Made by a program: the position numbers and the translations under genes. The notes under the pieces were generated by a model, which worked only from the letters and a program-made list of their open reading frames with translations, did not search any database and was not told where the DNA came from. A DNA stretch of 36,874 bases from positions 1 to 36,874 of IMG/VR virus record IMGVR_UViG_3300005286_000521; one strand, written 5' to 3'. Origin of the DNA: a virus (lineage: Duplodnaviria > Caudoviricetes). This document shows, piece by piece, positions 9,058-17,640 of the stretch; position 1 is the first letter of the stretch, and every line of letters begins with the position of its first letter.

Positions 9058-11643
9058 TTAACCCAGTTTCATCGCTTGTTTGAATTTCTGCGGATCGCGG
9101 CTGATCTGCACGATCATCGAGTTTTTACCCAGATCGGAATTGATGATGTCGCCAATGCGCTGCGGGTCATCGACTAAATAAAAATTCTGGGAGTTGGTAA
9201 GGTTCGCACTGAACGCCGCTGCTGGCTCGGCCAGTTTTGCATTGCCCATCGTGGGCGATGGCATGGCCGGCGCAGGTACGCCGGCGAGACCGCCTGTGTT
9301 GTGATAAGCGGGTGCCCAGTCAGCCAGTGCAGCCATGCCGCGTGCGTTGAAATCGTGAAGAAAACTCTCGGCACTCGGCTGGCGCGTCACCTGGTTGCGC
9401 ACCACGAACTCTTTATTGGTCAGCATCGCGGGGATGCTGTCGTGCGTTGTGGGTGCACCGGCGACGTTTACAGAACCGCCATCGTTAAAGCCAAAGTAGC
9501 TACCGATTGCATTCGCCGCTGTACCGACCCAACCGTTATCACCGCTACCGCCACCACTGCCGAAGGCGCTTTTCGTCAGCGTTTGGGCAAGCTCTTGCGC
9601 TTGAATACGGATCATCGCATCGAGCACGGCGGTGCCTAGATCGCGGATTGCATCGCGGAAAGTCAGTGTGCCTTTTGTCAGCCCGAATAGTGCTTCTGTT
9701 AACCCGGATTCGACGGTGTTGCGCAGCGTTGCCTGGAATAAATCCAGCGTGTAACGCAGCTGCTCGGATTGCGCGTTCAGTTGTGCCAGTGCGGCACCAG
9801 CGGCTTGTCCCACTTCGCCGGGCTGCTGCGCGAGTTCTTCCAGGAGCGGGCGTTGCTTTTCCAGCTCGGCATAGGTTTCGCGGTGCAGTTCGACTATGCG
9901 GCGGCGGGCTTCGGCTTCGGTGATGAGTCCGGCTTCGCGCTGGGCGTTGATGGAGGTTTCTTGTTGTTGCTGGTTTTGGAGTACGCGATCGATTTCATCC
10001 TGAGCGGTTTTGAAACGCGCACGGAGTTGTTCCAGGTCGAGCAGATTGTTGATGATGGCTTGGCCAGCCTCGTCGCCACGTTCTTCCAGGCGCTTTAACA
10101 AATCGCCATAGCGGGTTTCAAATTCGACCTGAATGGCTTCCTGTTCTTTGCCTTGCGCCTGTAACAACCGCACACGTAATTCCGCTACTTTTTTGGCGTC
10201 GTCTTCGAGCTGCTTCAGGCGTTTTTTCTCAGCCTCAGGATCGTTGGCTGTTAAATCAATTGTTCGATCTCTTGCTTGCTCGCGGAGTGCAGCGATTTCT
10301 GCCGCGCGTGCATTACGGGCTTCTTCGCGGGATTTGCGCTCATTCTCCCTGCGCTTTCTCTCCGCTTCATCAACTTCCAGTGTCGCATCCCGCTCCTCAA
10401 GAATTGACGCTATTGAATCCTTGCGAAGTTGGGATATCTGCGCTTGTCGTGTTTTCCAAGCGTTGAATGCCTGTTCAATGGTGTCGTCCGTAAATGCAGA
10501 CTTTATGGTGGCAGACAAAAGTACAGCATTTGCCGTAATGCGATCAAACAGAACGATGATTTCTGTTGCTGCAAGCTGTATAGCAGCCCGGATATTTGCG
10601 GGCAGCTCCCGGAATGCTTTTATCAAAAACTGGTTTAATCCATCTCCGCTTGTTTCAATATCATCGAAACTAAGTCCCGCCGCTTCAGCGAGGCGGTTGA
10701 AGTCTTCACTTAACAAGTCAAACGTGTTGCCCCAAATTTCCAGTGTTTCAATAGCGCCTTCGGTCAACGCACCACTATCCAACCATGCCGTCAAATCACC
10801 CAACGCGGAGGCGAATGCTTGGCTCGAACCGGTAGCTACGTCCAGCTCACCAATTACACGCGTGATCGAGTTGCCCAACACAGTCAATGCTTGACCGCCA
10901 GTGACTTGAATGCGAGAAAATCGCTCATCTACGGCACCCGCTGATTTTTGCAGCGCTGTGATCAACGACTCAGAAGTCAGCCGCCCCTCTGCACCCAGTG
11001 CGCGTAGTTGACCAACGGTGACATCCAAGCCTTCCGCGATGGCCTGAGCCAGTGCGGGAGCCTGCTCAAGAACAGAATTTAATTCCTCGCCACGCAGTGT
11101 GCCTGATGCAAATGCCTGCCCCAGCTGCACCAGAGCTGCCTCCGCACCCGCGCCAGATGTGCCGCTGATTGCAAGCGTTTTGTTGACCGTGGAGACAATG
11201 TCCTCTAATCCGGCGGCAGATAACCCGAGACTGTCCGCGTTGGTCGCAATGCGCTGGTATAACTCGGCAGTGGCAGTTAATGGTGCGCGAGCTTCTTGCG
11301 CAATGCGGAAAACGGCATCCTGGGCTGCGGCAAGCTCTTCAGAACCTTCCGTTACCAGTGCCAGCCGGTTTGTGATAGTAGTGTAAGCTTCGGTTGCTCG
11401 GGCGATCTCGCGTGTCGAGAAGGCCAAACCCAGCAGTGTTGCAATTCGGCTTAATAGCGCAGGCAGCTGTGATGCGTCACGCCGCATTTTATCCAGAGAA
11501 CCAGATGCAGAATTAAACCGACGCGCTCCGCGCTCTGCGGTGCTTCCGGTCTTATCGAGCGACTGCTCTAGTTTTGATATTGACTGGCGAGCACGCTCAA
11601 GATCGGCGCGAATGCGTAAGGAAATTTCGAGGTCTTTAGCCAT
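9058..11643 (-). CDS. Tail tape measure protein
   Basis: 861 aa, helical and Ala/Leu-rich; QLGQAFASGTLRGEELNSVLEQAP tape-measure motif; follows the chaperone genes. Confidence 0.92.
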   Translation of the reverse strand: MAKDLEISLRIRADLERARQSISKLEQSLDKTGSTAERGARRFNSASGSLDKMRRDASQLPALLSRIATLLGLAFSTREIARATEAYTTITNRLALVTEGSEELAAAQDAVFRIAQEARAPLTATAELYQRIATNADSLGLSAAGLEDIVSTVNKTLAISGTSGAGAEAALVQLGQAFASGTLRGEELNSVLEQAPALAQAIAEGLDVTVGQLRALGAEGRLTSESLITALQKSAGAVDERFSRIQVTGGQALTVLGNSITRVIGELDVATGSSQAFASALGDLTAWLDSGALTEGAIETLEIWGNTFDLLSEDFNRLAEAAGLSFDDIETSGDGLNQFLIKAFRELPANIRAAIQLAATEIIVLFDRITANAVLLSATIKSAFTDDTIEQAFNAWKTRQAQISQLRKDSIASILEERDATLEVDEAERKRRENERKSREEARNARAAEIAALREQARDRTIDLTANDPEAEKKRLKQLEDDAKKVAELRVRLLQAQGKEQEAIQVEFETRYGDLLKRLEERGDEAGQAIINNLLDLEQLRARFKTAQDEIDRVLQNQQQQETSINAQREAGLITEAEARRRIVELHRETYAELEKQRPLLEELAQQPGEVGQAAGAALAQLNAQSEQLRYTLDLFQATLRNTVESGLTEALFGLTKGTLTFRDAIRDLGTAVLDAMIRIQAQELAQTLTKSAFGSGGGSGDNGWVGTAANAIGSYFGFNDGGSVNVAGAPTTHDSIPAMLTNKEFVVRNQVTRQPSAESFLHDFNARGMAALADWAPAYHNTGGLAGVPAPAMPSPTMGNAKLAEPAAAFSANLTNSQNFYLVDDPQRIGDIINSDLGKNSMIVQISRDPQKFKQAMKLG

Positions 11644-11673
11644 GAGTCCGCATCAGTATGGGGTGATGCGAAC

Positions 11674-11719
11674 ATTGTCACGCGCGCGCGCGAATTTGTA
11701 TTTTGACACGTGTCAAAAT
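11674..11719 (-). promoter_or_regulatory. Late promoter 1 (tape measure operon): palindromic activator box + -10
   Basis: TGTATTTTGACACGTGTCAAAAT at 11697-11719; - strand GACAAT (11674-11679) 17 bp downstream. Confidence 0.75.
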
Positions 11720-11729
11720 CAGCAAACAC

Positions 11730-11751
11730 AAAAAAGCCCGCAGTGCGGGCT
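11730..11751 (-). terminator. Rho-independent terminator after the tail chaperone genes
   Basis: - strand AGCCCGC-ACT-GCGGGCT followed by TTTTT. Confidence 0.8.
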
Positions 11752-12034
11752 ATGTATTTTTTAATAGTGCCTTAACATGCTCGTCGGCTTTCGATCCACC
11801 AGCAAATGCCTTATTCACATCCACTACTAGCGCTGCTCTGACACGCATATTGTTCCGTATCGTAGCCTCGTAATGGAGCATAATCTGGCGCTGAGTGTAA
11901 TTACCAATATCTTCGATATTATGATTTCCAGCAATCAACACGGCATAGATGTCGGACCATCGAGATTTTGATTTCCTTGCGTCTGCAGCTGGTTGCGATC
12001 CCGTCTCTCCATGACACGCCGAATAAAAAGATGG
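11750..12034 (-). CDS. Tail assembly chaperone frameshift extension (GT-like C-terminal part)
   Basis: The -1 frame relative to the chaperone is open from 12034 to 11750, encoding ...RWSDIYAVLIAGNHNIEDIGNYTQRQIMLHY... Confidence 0.7.
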   Translation of the reverse strand, partial: PSFYSACHGETGSQPAADARKSKSRWSDIYAVLIAGNHNIEDIGNYTQRQIMLHYEATIRNNMRVRAALVVDVNKAFAGGSKADEHVKALLKNT

Positions 12035-12399
12035 CTATTTACGCACCACCACAGGTACAACAGTCGCTCCCCGTCGCTTGGCTCCAGCTGATCAATATTT
12101 TCCTTTGCTAAACCTGTGGACTTCATCAGCATAGTTAACACTACGTCAGAGTTTTGCGAGAGCATGATGAACACCTGGTCGTCATCAATAGGCTCATCAG
12201 ACATCAATAGACGCTCTAAGTCGTTAATGATCGGCTGGGCCATTGCGCGCATTTTTAACCACTCAACAAAACTGTATTCACGCACAATAATTTCGTGATC
12301 ACCAATGAAGATAGCTCTATCTGGATGCAGTATCTCCAAATCATCCGCACCAGTGTCTGCTTTTTTCGCTACAGGTTTTTCAATCCGCTTTGCCATCAT
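11935..12399 (-). CDS. Tail assembly chaperone (G-like)
   Basis: Between the tail tube and tape measure genes; DDLEILHP..VREY, LWWCVN motifs. Confidence 0.8.
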   Translation of the reverse strand: MMAKRIEKPVAKKADTGADDLEILHPDRAIFIGDHEIIVREYSFVEWLKMRAMAQPIINDLERLLMSDEPIDDDQVFIMLSQNSDVVLTMLMKSTGLAKENIDQLEPSDGERLLYLWWCVNSHLFIRRVMERRDRNQLQTQGNQNLDGPTSMPC

Positions 12400-12407
12400 C
12401 TACTCCT

Positions 12408-13148
12408 TTAAACAGCTGCTTTGTTGCGCACGCGACCAAATCCGCCAAGGTTGGCATCACCCGCGTTCAACGGGTCGTACAACACGCTCGCGGTCAATGG
12501 GATATTGCCATATTCGTCTGTAATCAGACTTAAATCGCCAACCGGGTTAAAACGTACCTTGTACAAATCCAGCAGCACGGGTTCGTTGTTGTCGGTGTTG
12601 ATACCGTCGAGCATTAACCAGCGCTCGGGTGGTTGCTCAGTGAAAATGGTTGCGGCTTGGACGGCGGCATACTCGTAATCTGCCTCAATGGGATCAGCTT
12701 GCGCGGTCAACATTTCGATAATGCCGGCGCTCTCGGAATAGATGCTGTAGTCAGTACCCAGCACCAGCGGTGTACCTGCATCATCCAGCACGAGATCAGA
12801 TATGAAACCGTGTTCCAATCGCACCAGGTCGCCTACGGCCAACGGGGACGGCAGCGCCTCTCCGGTCACGGTGCTGCCAGCAATATCCAGGTTGGTGGCG
12901 TACAACGCGAGCGCGATGCTTTGCGCGGTCCATTCGTCTGCAGTAAGGTTGAGGTTGGCGGTTTTGGAACCGGCGAGCATACCGATCTGCAAGCGGTTAC
13001 CGGTGTAGCTTTCGTTTTTGGTTACGTTGTTGGTTTGCAGCTGTAATTGCAACGTGGGCACGTTACCCAGCCAGGTAAATTTTACCGCCTTACCCTGTGC
13101 GGTGCGTTCGGCAAGCATCACCTTGCCTTGGAACGAAAATAAACTCAT
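12408..13148 (-). CDS. Major tail tube protein
   Basis: 246 aa; FSFQGKV..GNVP, GINT..EPV..DLYKVRFNP motifs; AGGAG RBS. Confidence 0.85.
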   Translation of the reverse strand: MSLFSFQGKVMLAERTAQGKAVKFTWLGNVPTLQLQLQTNNVTKNESYTGNRLQIGMLAGSKTANLNLTADEWTAQSIALALYATNLDIAGSTVTGEALPSPLAVGDLVRLEHGFISDLVLDDAGTPLVLGTDYSIYSESAGIIEMLTAQADPIEADYEYAAVQAATIFTEQPPERWLMLDGINTDNNEPVLLDLYKVRFNPVGDLSLITDEYGNIPLTASVLYDPLNAGDANLGGFGRVRNKAAV

Positions 13149-13173
13149 GACGATTCTCCTGAGTAAGTGCGAT

Positions 13174-13200
13174 AAAAAAATAACGGCGATTACTTCGCCG
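13174..13200 (-). terminator. Terminator/attenuator-like hairpin before the tail tube gene
   Basis: - strand CGGCGA-AGTAA-TCGCCG then TTATTTTTTT. Confidence 0.5.
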
Positions 13201-13360
13201 CAGTGCCTGCGATTTTGCCCTTGCTAATCAACCAGTCTTTTTGCTTGGTTGTTACGGTGATCTGGTCACCGGCCTTGCAGTCCTTGCCCGCGTGTTTGTG
13301 GCTGGCGGTCAGGGTGACGGTTTCGCGGGTAACAGCGGCTTCTTCTTTTTTGCGGCTCAT
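13190..13360 (-). CDS. Small hypothetical virion-module protein (56 aa)
   Basis: GGAGG RBS and ATGA overlap; H.HAGK...GD.I.V motif common in Mu-like tail modules. Confidence 0.7.
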   Translation of the reverse strand: MSRKKEEAAVTRETVTLTASHKHAGKDCKAGDQITVTTKQKDWLISKGKIAGTAAK

Positions 13361-13806
13361 GCGCCACCTCCAATAAAGTGTTGGGTTTGATAAACGTCGA
13401 TCCACAGTAAAACGTTGGCATCAAAGTCGAGCACGTTGCCGTCGATCAATGCGCATTCACGACTGCCTTCTAACGCTGGCTTCCAGCCAATCAGTTGTTG
13501 CCGTATGCGCTCGATCAGTGGGTCCAACTCTTCCGCGCTTTCCACACCCTTGCGGGTATCGCGGAAATTCTTTACAGCGGTGACCACGCCGAAATTCACA
13601 ATCATCCGCTGCCGCCCTGCCTTGGGCGGCTCGCCATCCCAGCGTTCGTTGGCCAGTAACACGAACGTGGTGAGTGCCCGAAAATCGCTGAGCTTTTCAA
13701 TGCTCGCGTATTGCGCGGCGCTGTTGACTTGCTCCAGCTCTGTACGCGGAATCGTGCTGGTTAACCGGTCGATCACCAGTCGCGTCGGGAATGGCTTAGC
13801 GGCCAT
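13357..13806 (-). CDS. Mu gp37-like tail terminator/completion protein
   Basis: Position after the gp36-like gene; IRQQLIGWKP motif. Confidence 0.7.
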   Translation of the reverse strand: MAAKPFPTRLVIDRLTSTIPRTELEQVNSAAQYASIEKLSDFRALTTFVLLANERWDGEPPKAGRQRMIVNFGVVTAVKNFRDTRKGVESAEELDPLIERIRQQLIGWKPALEGSRECALIDGNVLDFDANVLLWIDVYQTQHFIGGGA

Positions 13807-14315
13807 CAATAATCCCTCAGTGCATCGCGCAGTGTGAAACTGCCGCAGGTAAATTCCGGCGAGCCGGTGCCTGGTGGGGTTTGTTCGTCACCAATGCCTA
13901 GGCTCAATTTGCCTTCCGCCACTTTTTCCAGTGCGCGAATGGCGTCTTTGTAGTTGCGCAAAATCGGATCAGTGCTTTCCGCTGTGAGGCGGTCTTTATG
14001 CAACAGGTAGCGAGTGATATCTCGCGACCAGGTCACCACCAATCTGTTGACAGGATTCAATGGCAATTCATAGCCGCGCTTTGCCAGGTAGCCATCAATC
14101 AAACCATCGGCATCCGCCACAGCATCATCAATGCGCTGCAGTGCTGCATCGGCTTCGACGATATCTTCCGGCGCGTACGCACTCCGATCACCACCAGTTA
14201 ACGTCAGCTCCATTAACTCCGCATCGATAACGGGGTAATGCTCATCTGTGGCTACCTGAGCCAGTTCGCGAGCGCCGGGTCGCTCGGCAAGTTGTGCGTG
14301 GGTGACGTAGGGCAT
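13806..14315 (-). CDS. Mu gp36-like (DUF1320/gp436) head-tail adaptor
   Basis: MPYVT..QL, ADGLIDGYL..RGY.LPL, DITRY.L, Y..AIR.L..VA.GK.SLG. Confidence 0.85.
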   Translation of the reverse strand: MPYVTHAQLAERPGARELAQVATDEHYPVIDAELMELTLTGGDRSAYAPEDIVEADAALQRIDDAVADADGLIDGYLAKRGYELPLNPVNRLVVTWSRDITRYLLHKDRLTAESTDPILRNYKDAIRALEKVAEGKLSLGIGDEQTPPGTGSPEFTCGSFTLRDALRDY

Positions 14316-14391
14316 AACGCAACTCAAAAATGAAATGATTGTTCGTGCCGGTTTTTTTGATCATCAAGTGAACCGGAAACACTCTCGCGGG

Positions 14392-14727
14392 CTATTCCGC
14401 AGGCTCGACCGGAACCGCCTTGATCGCCGCCACCAGGTCGGCCTTATTCATTTTCTGCGCGCCTTCAATGCCCATGTCGGTCGCGATTTGTTTCAACTCA
14501 TCAGCTTTCATTTGGCTGAGCTCGACGGTATCGCTATCGGCAGTTACTGCACCGGTGATATTGCCCTGTGGTTCCGCATCGGCGGCCACCTCGGCAATTC
14601 GGATACTGCCGTTGCGCAGTAGGATTTGAATCTGCTCATTGCTCAACCCGTCTACAGGCTGGCCGGGGGCAATGGTTTTTTTACCTAATCCGACACGACC
14701 CACGGCGACGTAATTTTTCTGTGACAT
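14392..14727 (-). CDS. Head-associated protein with C-terminal Rho-N/HeH-like domain (Mu gp35-like)
   Basis: LSQMKADELKQIATDMGIEGAQKMNKADLVAAI motif; GAGG RBS; follows the capsid gene. Confidence 0.7.
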   Translation of the reverse strand: MSQKNYVAVGRVGLGKKTIAPGQPVDGLSNEQIQILLRNGSIRIAEVAADAEPQGNITGAVTADSDTVELSQMKADELKQIATDMGIEGAQKMNKADLVAAIKAVPVEPAE

Positions 14728-14787
14728 AACTCACCTCAATGATTGCTGTTAAATCCCGTCCCTGGGTTGCATGGCTATTGCGCGGGA

Positions 14788-15738
14788 TTAACCGGCGAAA
14801 GCGGCACCGGCACCGGTGAACAAGTAGCCCGCATCGGCACCGGCAATGACCGGCGAGTATTCATTGTTGACCGGGTACATCCAGCTTTTATTACTTTTGT
14901 TGTACCAAGGCTGCTCAACAACCGGGTTGCCTTCCAGCGTATAGGTGTAGCCGTAACTGGGGAGAGCATTGGTTGGGCTGCCGATTTCGGTGTAGGCCAG
15001 GATCGCATCGGTGCCCCAAGCCTTAACCGTTGCATTGTTTTCGTTGATGTAACTTGCGCGACCAATGACGATTTCCGCGAGGTCCAGTTTTGACGCAAGC
15101 ATTTGCGGCGTGAGGATGAGGTTTTCCACCTCGCCGCGTGTGAACAATCCCAGCACATGCGGATTAGATGACAACGCGTTCCAGGCATCGCCTGACAACG
15201 TAAACACGTTAGGTTCAAAACCGGTTTGATCGGCAATGGATTGCTTACCCGTTTTGATATCCGTAACCGGGTTGCGGTCGGGGTTATTCCAACTGCTCGC
15301 CGACAGGTCGGCTTTGTTACTAGCGGAATAATTGGCAGCGTTACGGGCAAGGCTTGCCTGTTCAATTTCCTGACTGCGCTGAATCGCGCTCATCGCGGTA
15401 TTGGTGGCGATGGTTCCGAGATTGATGCCCGGCACTTGGTTGGCATCACGCAAATGCTCGCGCGGGACCTTGCCATGGACGCTGTCTTGTACCAGCGCAT
15501 AGGGCGCACCGGCATAACCGTAGTCAATCTCAACCACATCTGCACCAGGGGCGCGACGCAGGTTGTATTTGCGCCAGCTGGATTTATCAAACGTGATAAT
15601 CTGGCCACCGGATGACATCACAGGCACAACCGGAAACAGGCGGTTGCCCACGAATTGAGGATTCTGATAGCCGCGAGCAACGGTTGTCAGGATTTGGTCA
15701 ACGACCCGCACTTGTTTGTTGTTCATCGGCATTTTCAT
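14788..15738 (-). CDS. Major capsid protein
   Basis: 316 aa; RVVDQILTTVARGY, RRAPGA, PSYGYTY, DAGYLF; AGGAGG RBS. Confidence 0.9.
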   Translation of the reverse strand: MKMPMNNKQVRVVDQILTTVARGYQNPQFVGNRLFPVVPVMSSGGQIITFDKSSWRKYNLRRAPGADVVEIDYGYAGAPYALVQDSVHGKVPREHLRDANQVPGINLGTIATNTAMSAIQRSQEIEQASLARNAANYSASNKADLSASSWNNPDRNPVTDIKTGKQSIADQTGFEPNVFTLSGDAWNALSSNPHVLGLFTRGEVENLILTPQMLASKLDLAEIVIGRASYINENNATVKAWGTDAILAYTEIGSPTNALPSYGYTYTLEGNPVVEQPWYNKSNKSWMYPVNNEYSPVIAGADAGYLFTGAGAAFAG

Positions 15739-15792
15739 GCCCTCCTAAACTGGTTAAAAAATTGGGTACTACGTTAATGCGCCGGGCGGTGC

Positions 15793-16149
15793 TTATGCCT
15801 CAGCAGGCGGCGCGGGCGATTTGTCGATCAGCACTTCAACCGGCGCATCGATGCCCGCATCAAACATGGCGTAGCCGATGCGTGCACCAGTCGTCTGTGG
15901 GACAACCTTGCCGCCAGTACCGATTTCCAACGGATCACCTGCGTCGACTGCCGCACCCGCAACACCGGTTGATGTACCCAGGACGTCAACCGGAAAATTC
16001 TCGCCAATGGCTGCATCGTTTACGGCAAAGCCAGCCGCTTCAGAGCCGGCAGCGGCGATTGCACCCAACAACGTAACCGCCACGTGTGCAGTAATGGTTG
16101 CGGTGGCATTGCGGGTAATGGTTAACACGGGTTTTTTCTGCGTACTCAT
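15793..16149 (-). CDS. Capsid cement/decoration protein (DUF2190-like)
   Basis: Ala/Gly-rich 118 aa between the protease and capsid genes. Confidence 0.75.
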   Translation of the reverse strand: MSTQKKPVLTITRNATATITAHVAVTLLGAIAAAGSEAAGFAVNDAAIGENFPVDVLGTSTGVAGAAVDAGDPLEIGTGGKVVPQTTGARIGYAMFDAGIDAPVEVLIDKSPAPPAEA

Positions 16150-16231
16150 GGCACAGCCCTCTGTCAAAAATGAAATATCGTTTCAGTTCGCGGCGAGCGG
16201 TTAGTCACTCGCGGCGCAATGGTTAATGCAG

Positions 16232-16729
16232 CTAACTGCCGACGGCTTGTGCCGCCTGGGCGTAGGTCACATTGTGCTGTTTGGCATACGCATTAATTTT
16301 CGCGTGCAGCTCGTTCTGGCTGCTGTCCACGGCGTAGCCGGCAGGTGCCGCAAAGTTCGCCACTCCGCTATCGGAATTTTCCGGCGCACCGCGCTCAGAA
16401 AAATCCACTCGCGCAGGCAGTTTCTCTAGCAGGCCGCGCAATACATCAGCGGGATTTTTTTCTACCGTTGCCTCGCCTTCGGCGAAGGAAATGGTTTTAT
16501 CGTCCGGCAGCGATGCCAGCAGGGATACCACTTGGGTCTTTTCAGCCGGCAACACTTTGCCTTCCTTCACCAGCCCCTCAACAAAGCTGGCCACTTCTTC
16601 GCGTTTGCGTTTTGCATCTGCATCTGCGATTTGCTTTTCACGCGCAGCCAGTTCCTGCTCACGTGTTTTGAGTTGGTTTTCGCGCTCGGCGAAGTCAGCG
16701 GTTTTGTTTTTATCTTCGGGAGTAGCCAC
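16232..16729 (-). CDS. Internal in-frame scaffolding protein (Mu gpZ-like)
   Basis: GGAGG (16738-16742) 8 nt before an in-frame GTG at 16729, at the start of the coiled-coil C-terminal part. Confidence 0.65.
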   Translation of the reverse strand: MATPEDKNKTADFAERENQLKTREQELAAREKQIADADAKRKREEVASFVEGLVKEGKVLPAEKTQVVSLLASLPDDKTISFAEGEATVEKNPADVLRGLLEKLPARVDFSERGAPENSDSGVANFAAPAGYAVDSSQNELHAKINAYAKQHNVTYAQAAQAVGS

Positions 16730-17368
16730 GGTTTTGTCCTCCGGTTCGGAAAAAGAAGTGTGTAATTTGCGGCCTGCGCGTTCGGCGTCTTCTGCGGAGG
16801 CGGCGACCCAATCGGGCACCACGCGATCAGCCGTTTCCAGATCGAATTTTTCAATCATCCAATCGCGTAGGTTGCGAGCGAGCCGGGCGAGTGCCCAGCG
16901 GGATTCCTGTTCGCCTTCACTGAAATCGATGGTGATGACATCACCTTGTTCGTCGGCAAAGCTGGCGGTTTTCAAACCTTTTACAGCGGGGGCTTGCGCA
17001 CCGAGGAAGCCCACGTGTCGCAGGTAATAAACGCCTGGCACTGGATTGCTGGGATGTTCGGGCGGATAAAACGATGCGGAAATTTTGGGGTAGCGCCCAT
17101 CATTCACCAGTTCAGCGAATTCAGCGTCCACTTGGTCCGGGTCAGCCAGGACCTTTTTAGAATCCTCGGAAAAGTTCAATCCAGCAACCCAACCATAGGC
17201 GGGGTCATCCGTCTTCGGATGACCCACAACGAGCGGTGCCTTGAACACATCCGCCTTGTACGCCGCAACAGACGCTTTTACATCAGCCTCACTGAAGGTA
17301 TACGTCTGGCCGTTCTCCGCAACGAAGGTGCCGGGGCGAAAAATTTCCAATTGTTTTTTGAGAGGCAT
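16232..17368 (-). CDS. Prohead protease/scaffold (Mu gpI-like)
   Basis: IFRPG, APLVVGHP, PAYGWV, KISASFY, YLRHVGFLGAQAPAVKGL; ATG 17368 preferred because the late promoter lies at 17409-17454. Confidence 0.9.
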   Translation of the reverse strand: MPLKKQLEIFRPGTFVAENGQTYTFSEADVKASVAAYKADVFKAPLVVGHPKTDDPAYGWVAGLNFSEDSKKVLADPDQVDAEFAELVNDGRYPKISASFYPPEHPSNPVPGVYYLRHVGFLGAQAPAVKGLKTASFADEQGDVITIDFSEGEQESRWALARLARNLRDWMIEKFDLETADRVVPDWVAASAEDAERAGRKLHTSFSEPEDKTVATPEDKNKTADFAERENQLKTREQELAAREKQIADADAKRKREEVASFVEGLVKEGKVLPAEKTQVVSLLASLPDDKTISFAEGEATVEKNPADVLRGLLEKLPARVDFSERGAPENSDSGVANFAAPAGYAVDSSQNELHAKINAYAKQHNVTYAQAAQAVGS

Positions 17369-17408
17369 CTGGTCATCCACCGCGAGGGTTTGATTGATTA
17401 CGGTGACC

Positions 17409-17454
17409 AGACTATCGAGTGCGCGTGAGAATGTATTTTGACACGTGTCAAAAT
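17409..17454 (-). promoter_or_regulatory. Late promoter 2 (head operon; Mu PI-equivalent)
   Basis: Identical 23-bp box at 17432-17454; - strand TAGTCT (17409-17414) 17 bp downstream. Confidence 0.8.
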
Positions 17455-17640
17455 TTGAATTGAGGGAATAGCAGCGGGAATTGCAATGTGCTGGCGAGAG
17501 CACGATAGAAATATTTCACTAACGGCTCTGGCAGCGTTTATAAACGCGGTCGCCGAGGAAATTCAAGGCGATATAGCAGGATGGCTTCTGCGCGCATTAC
17601 AGCGCGACACAGGCCGTTGTTTTTATGAGGCGTTAATTAT
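17455..17640. other. Candidate strong gyrase site (SGS) region
   Basis: Intergenic gap between the gpG- and gpI-like genes near the genome centre; phased GC/AT tracts; 14-bp palindrome GCGTTTATAAACGC at 17534-17547. Confidence 0.45.

Noticed and set aside
10133-10894. Long antisense ORFs (e.g. 10133-10894, 6389-7015, 20142-20912)
   Set aside because: Shadows of real genes on the opposite strand; no RBS or recognisable motifs
11681-11692. (CG)6 run as a Z-DNA element or microsatellite
   Set aside because: It is the promoter spacer; the other late promoters have similar CGCG-rich spacers
11700-11719. Late box as a parS site (shares the CACGTG core with TGTTTCACGTGAAACA)
   Set aside because: Flanks differ from parS, and all three copies sit at a fixed distance from -10 elements before late operons, which favours an activator site
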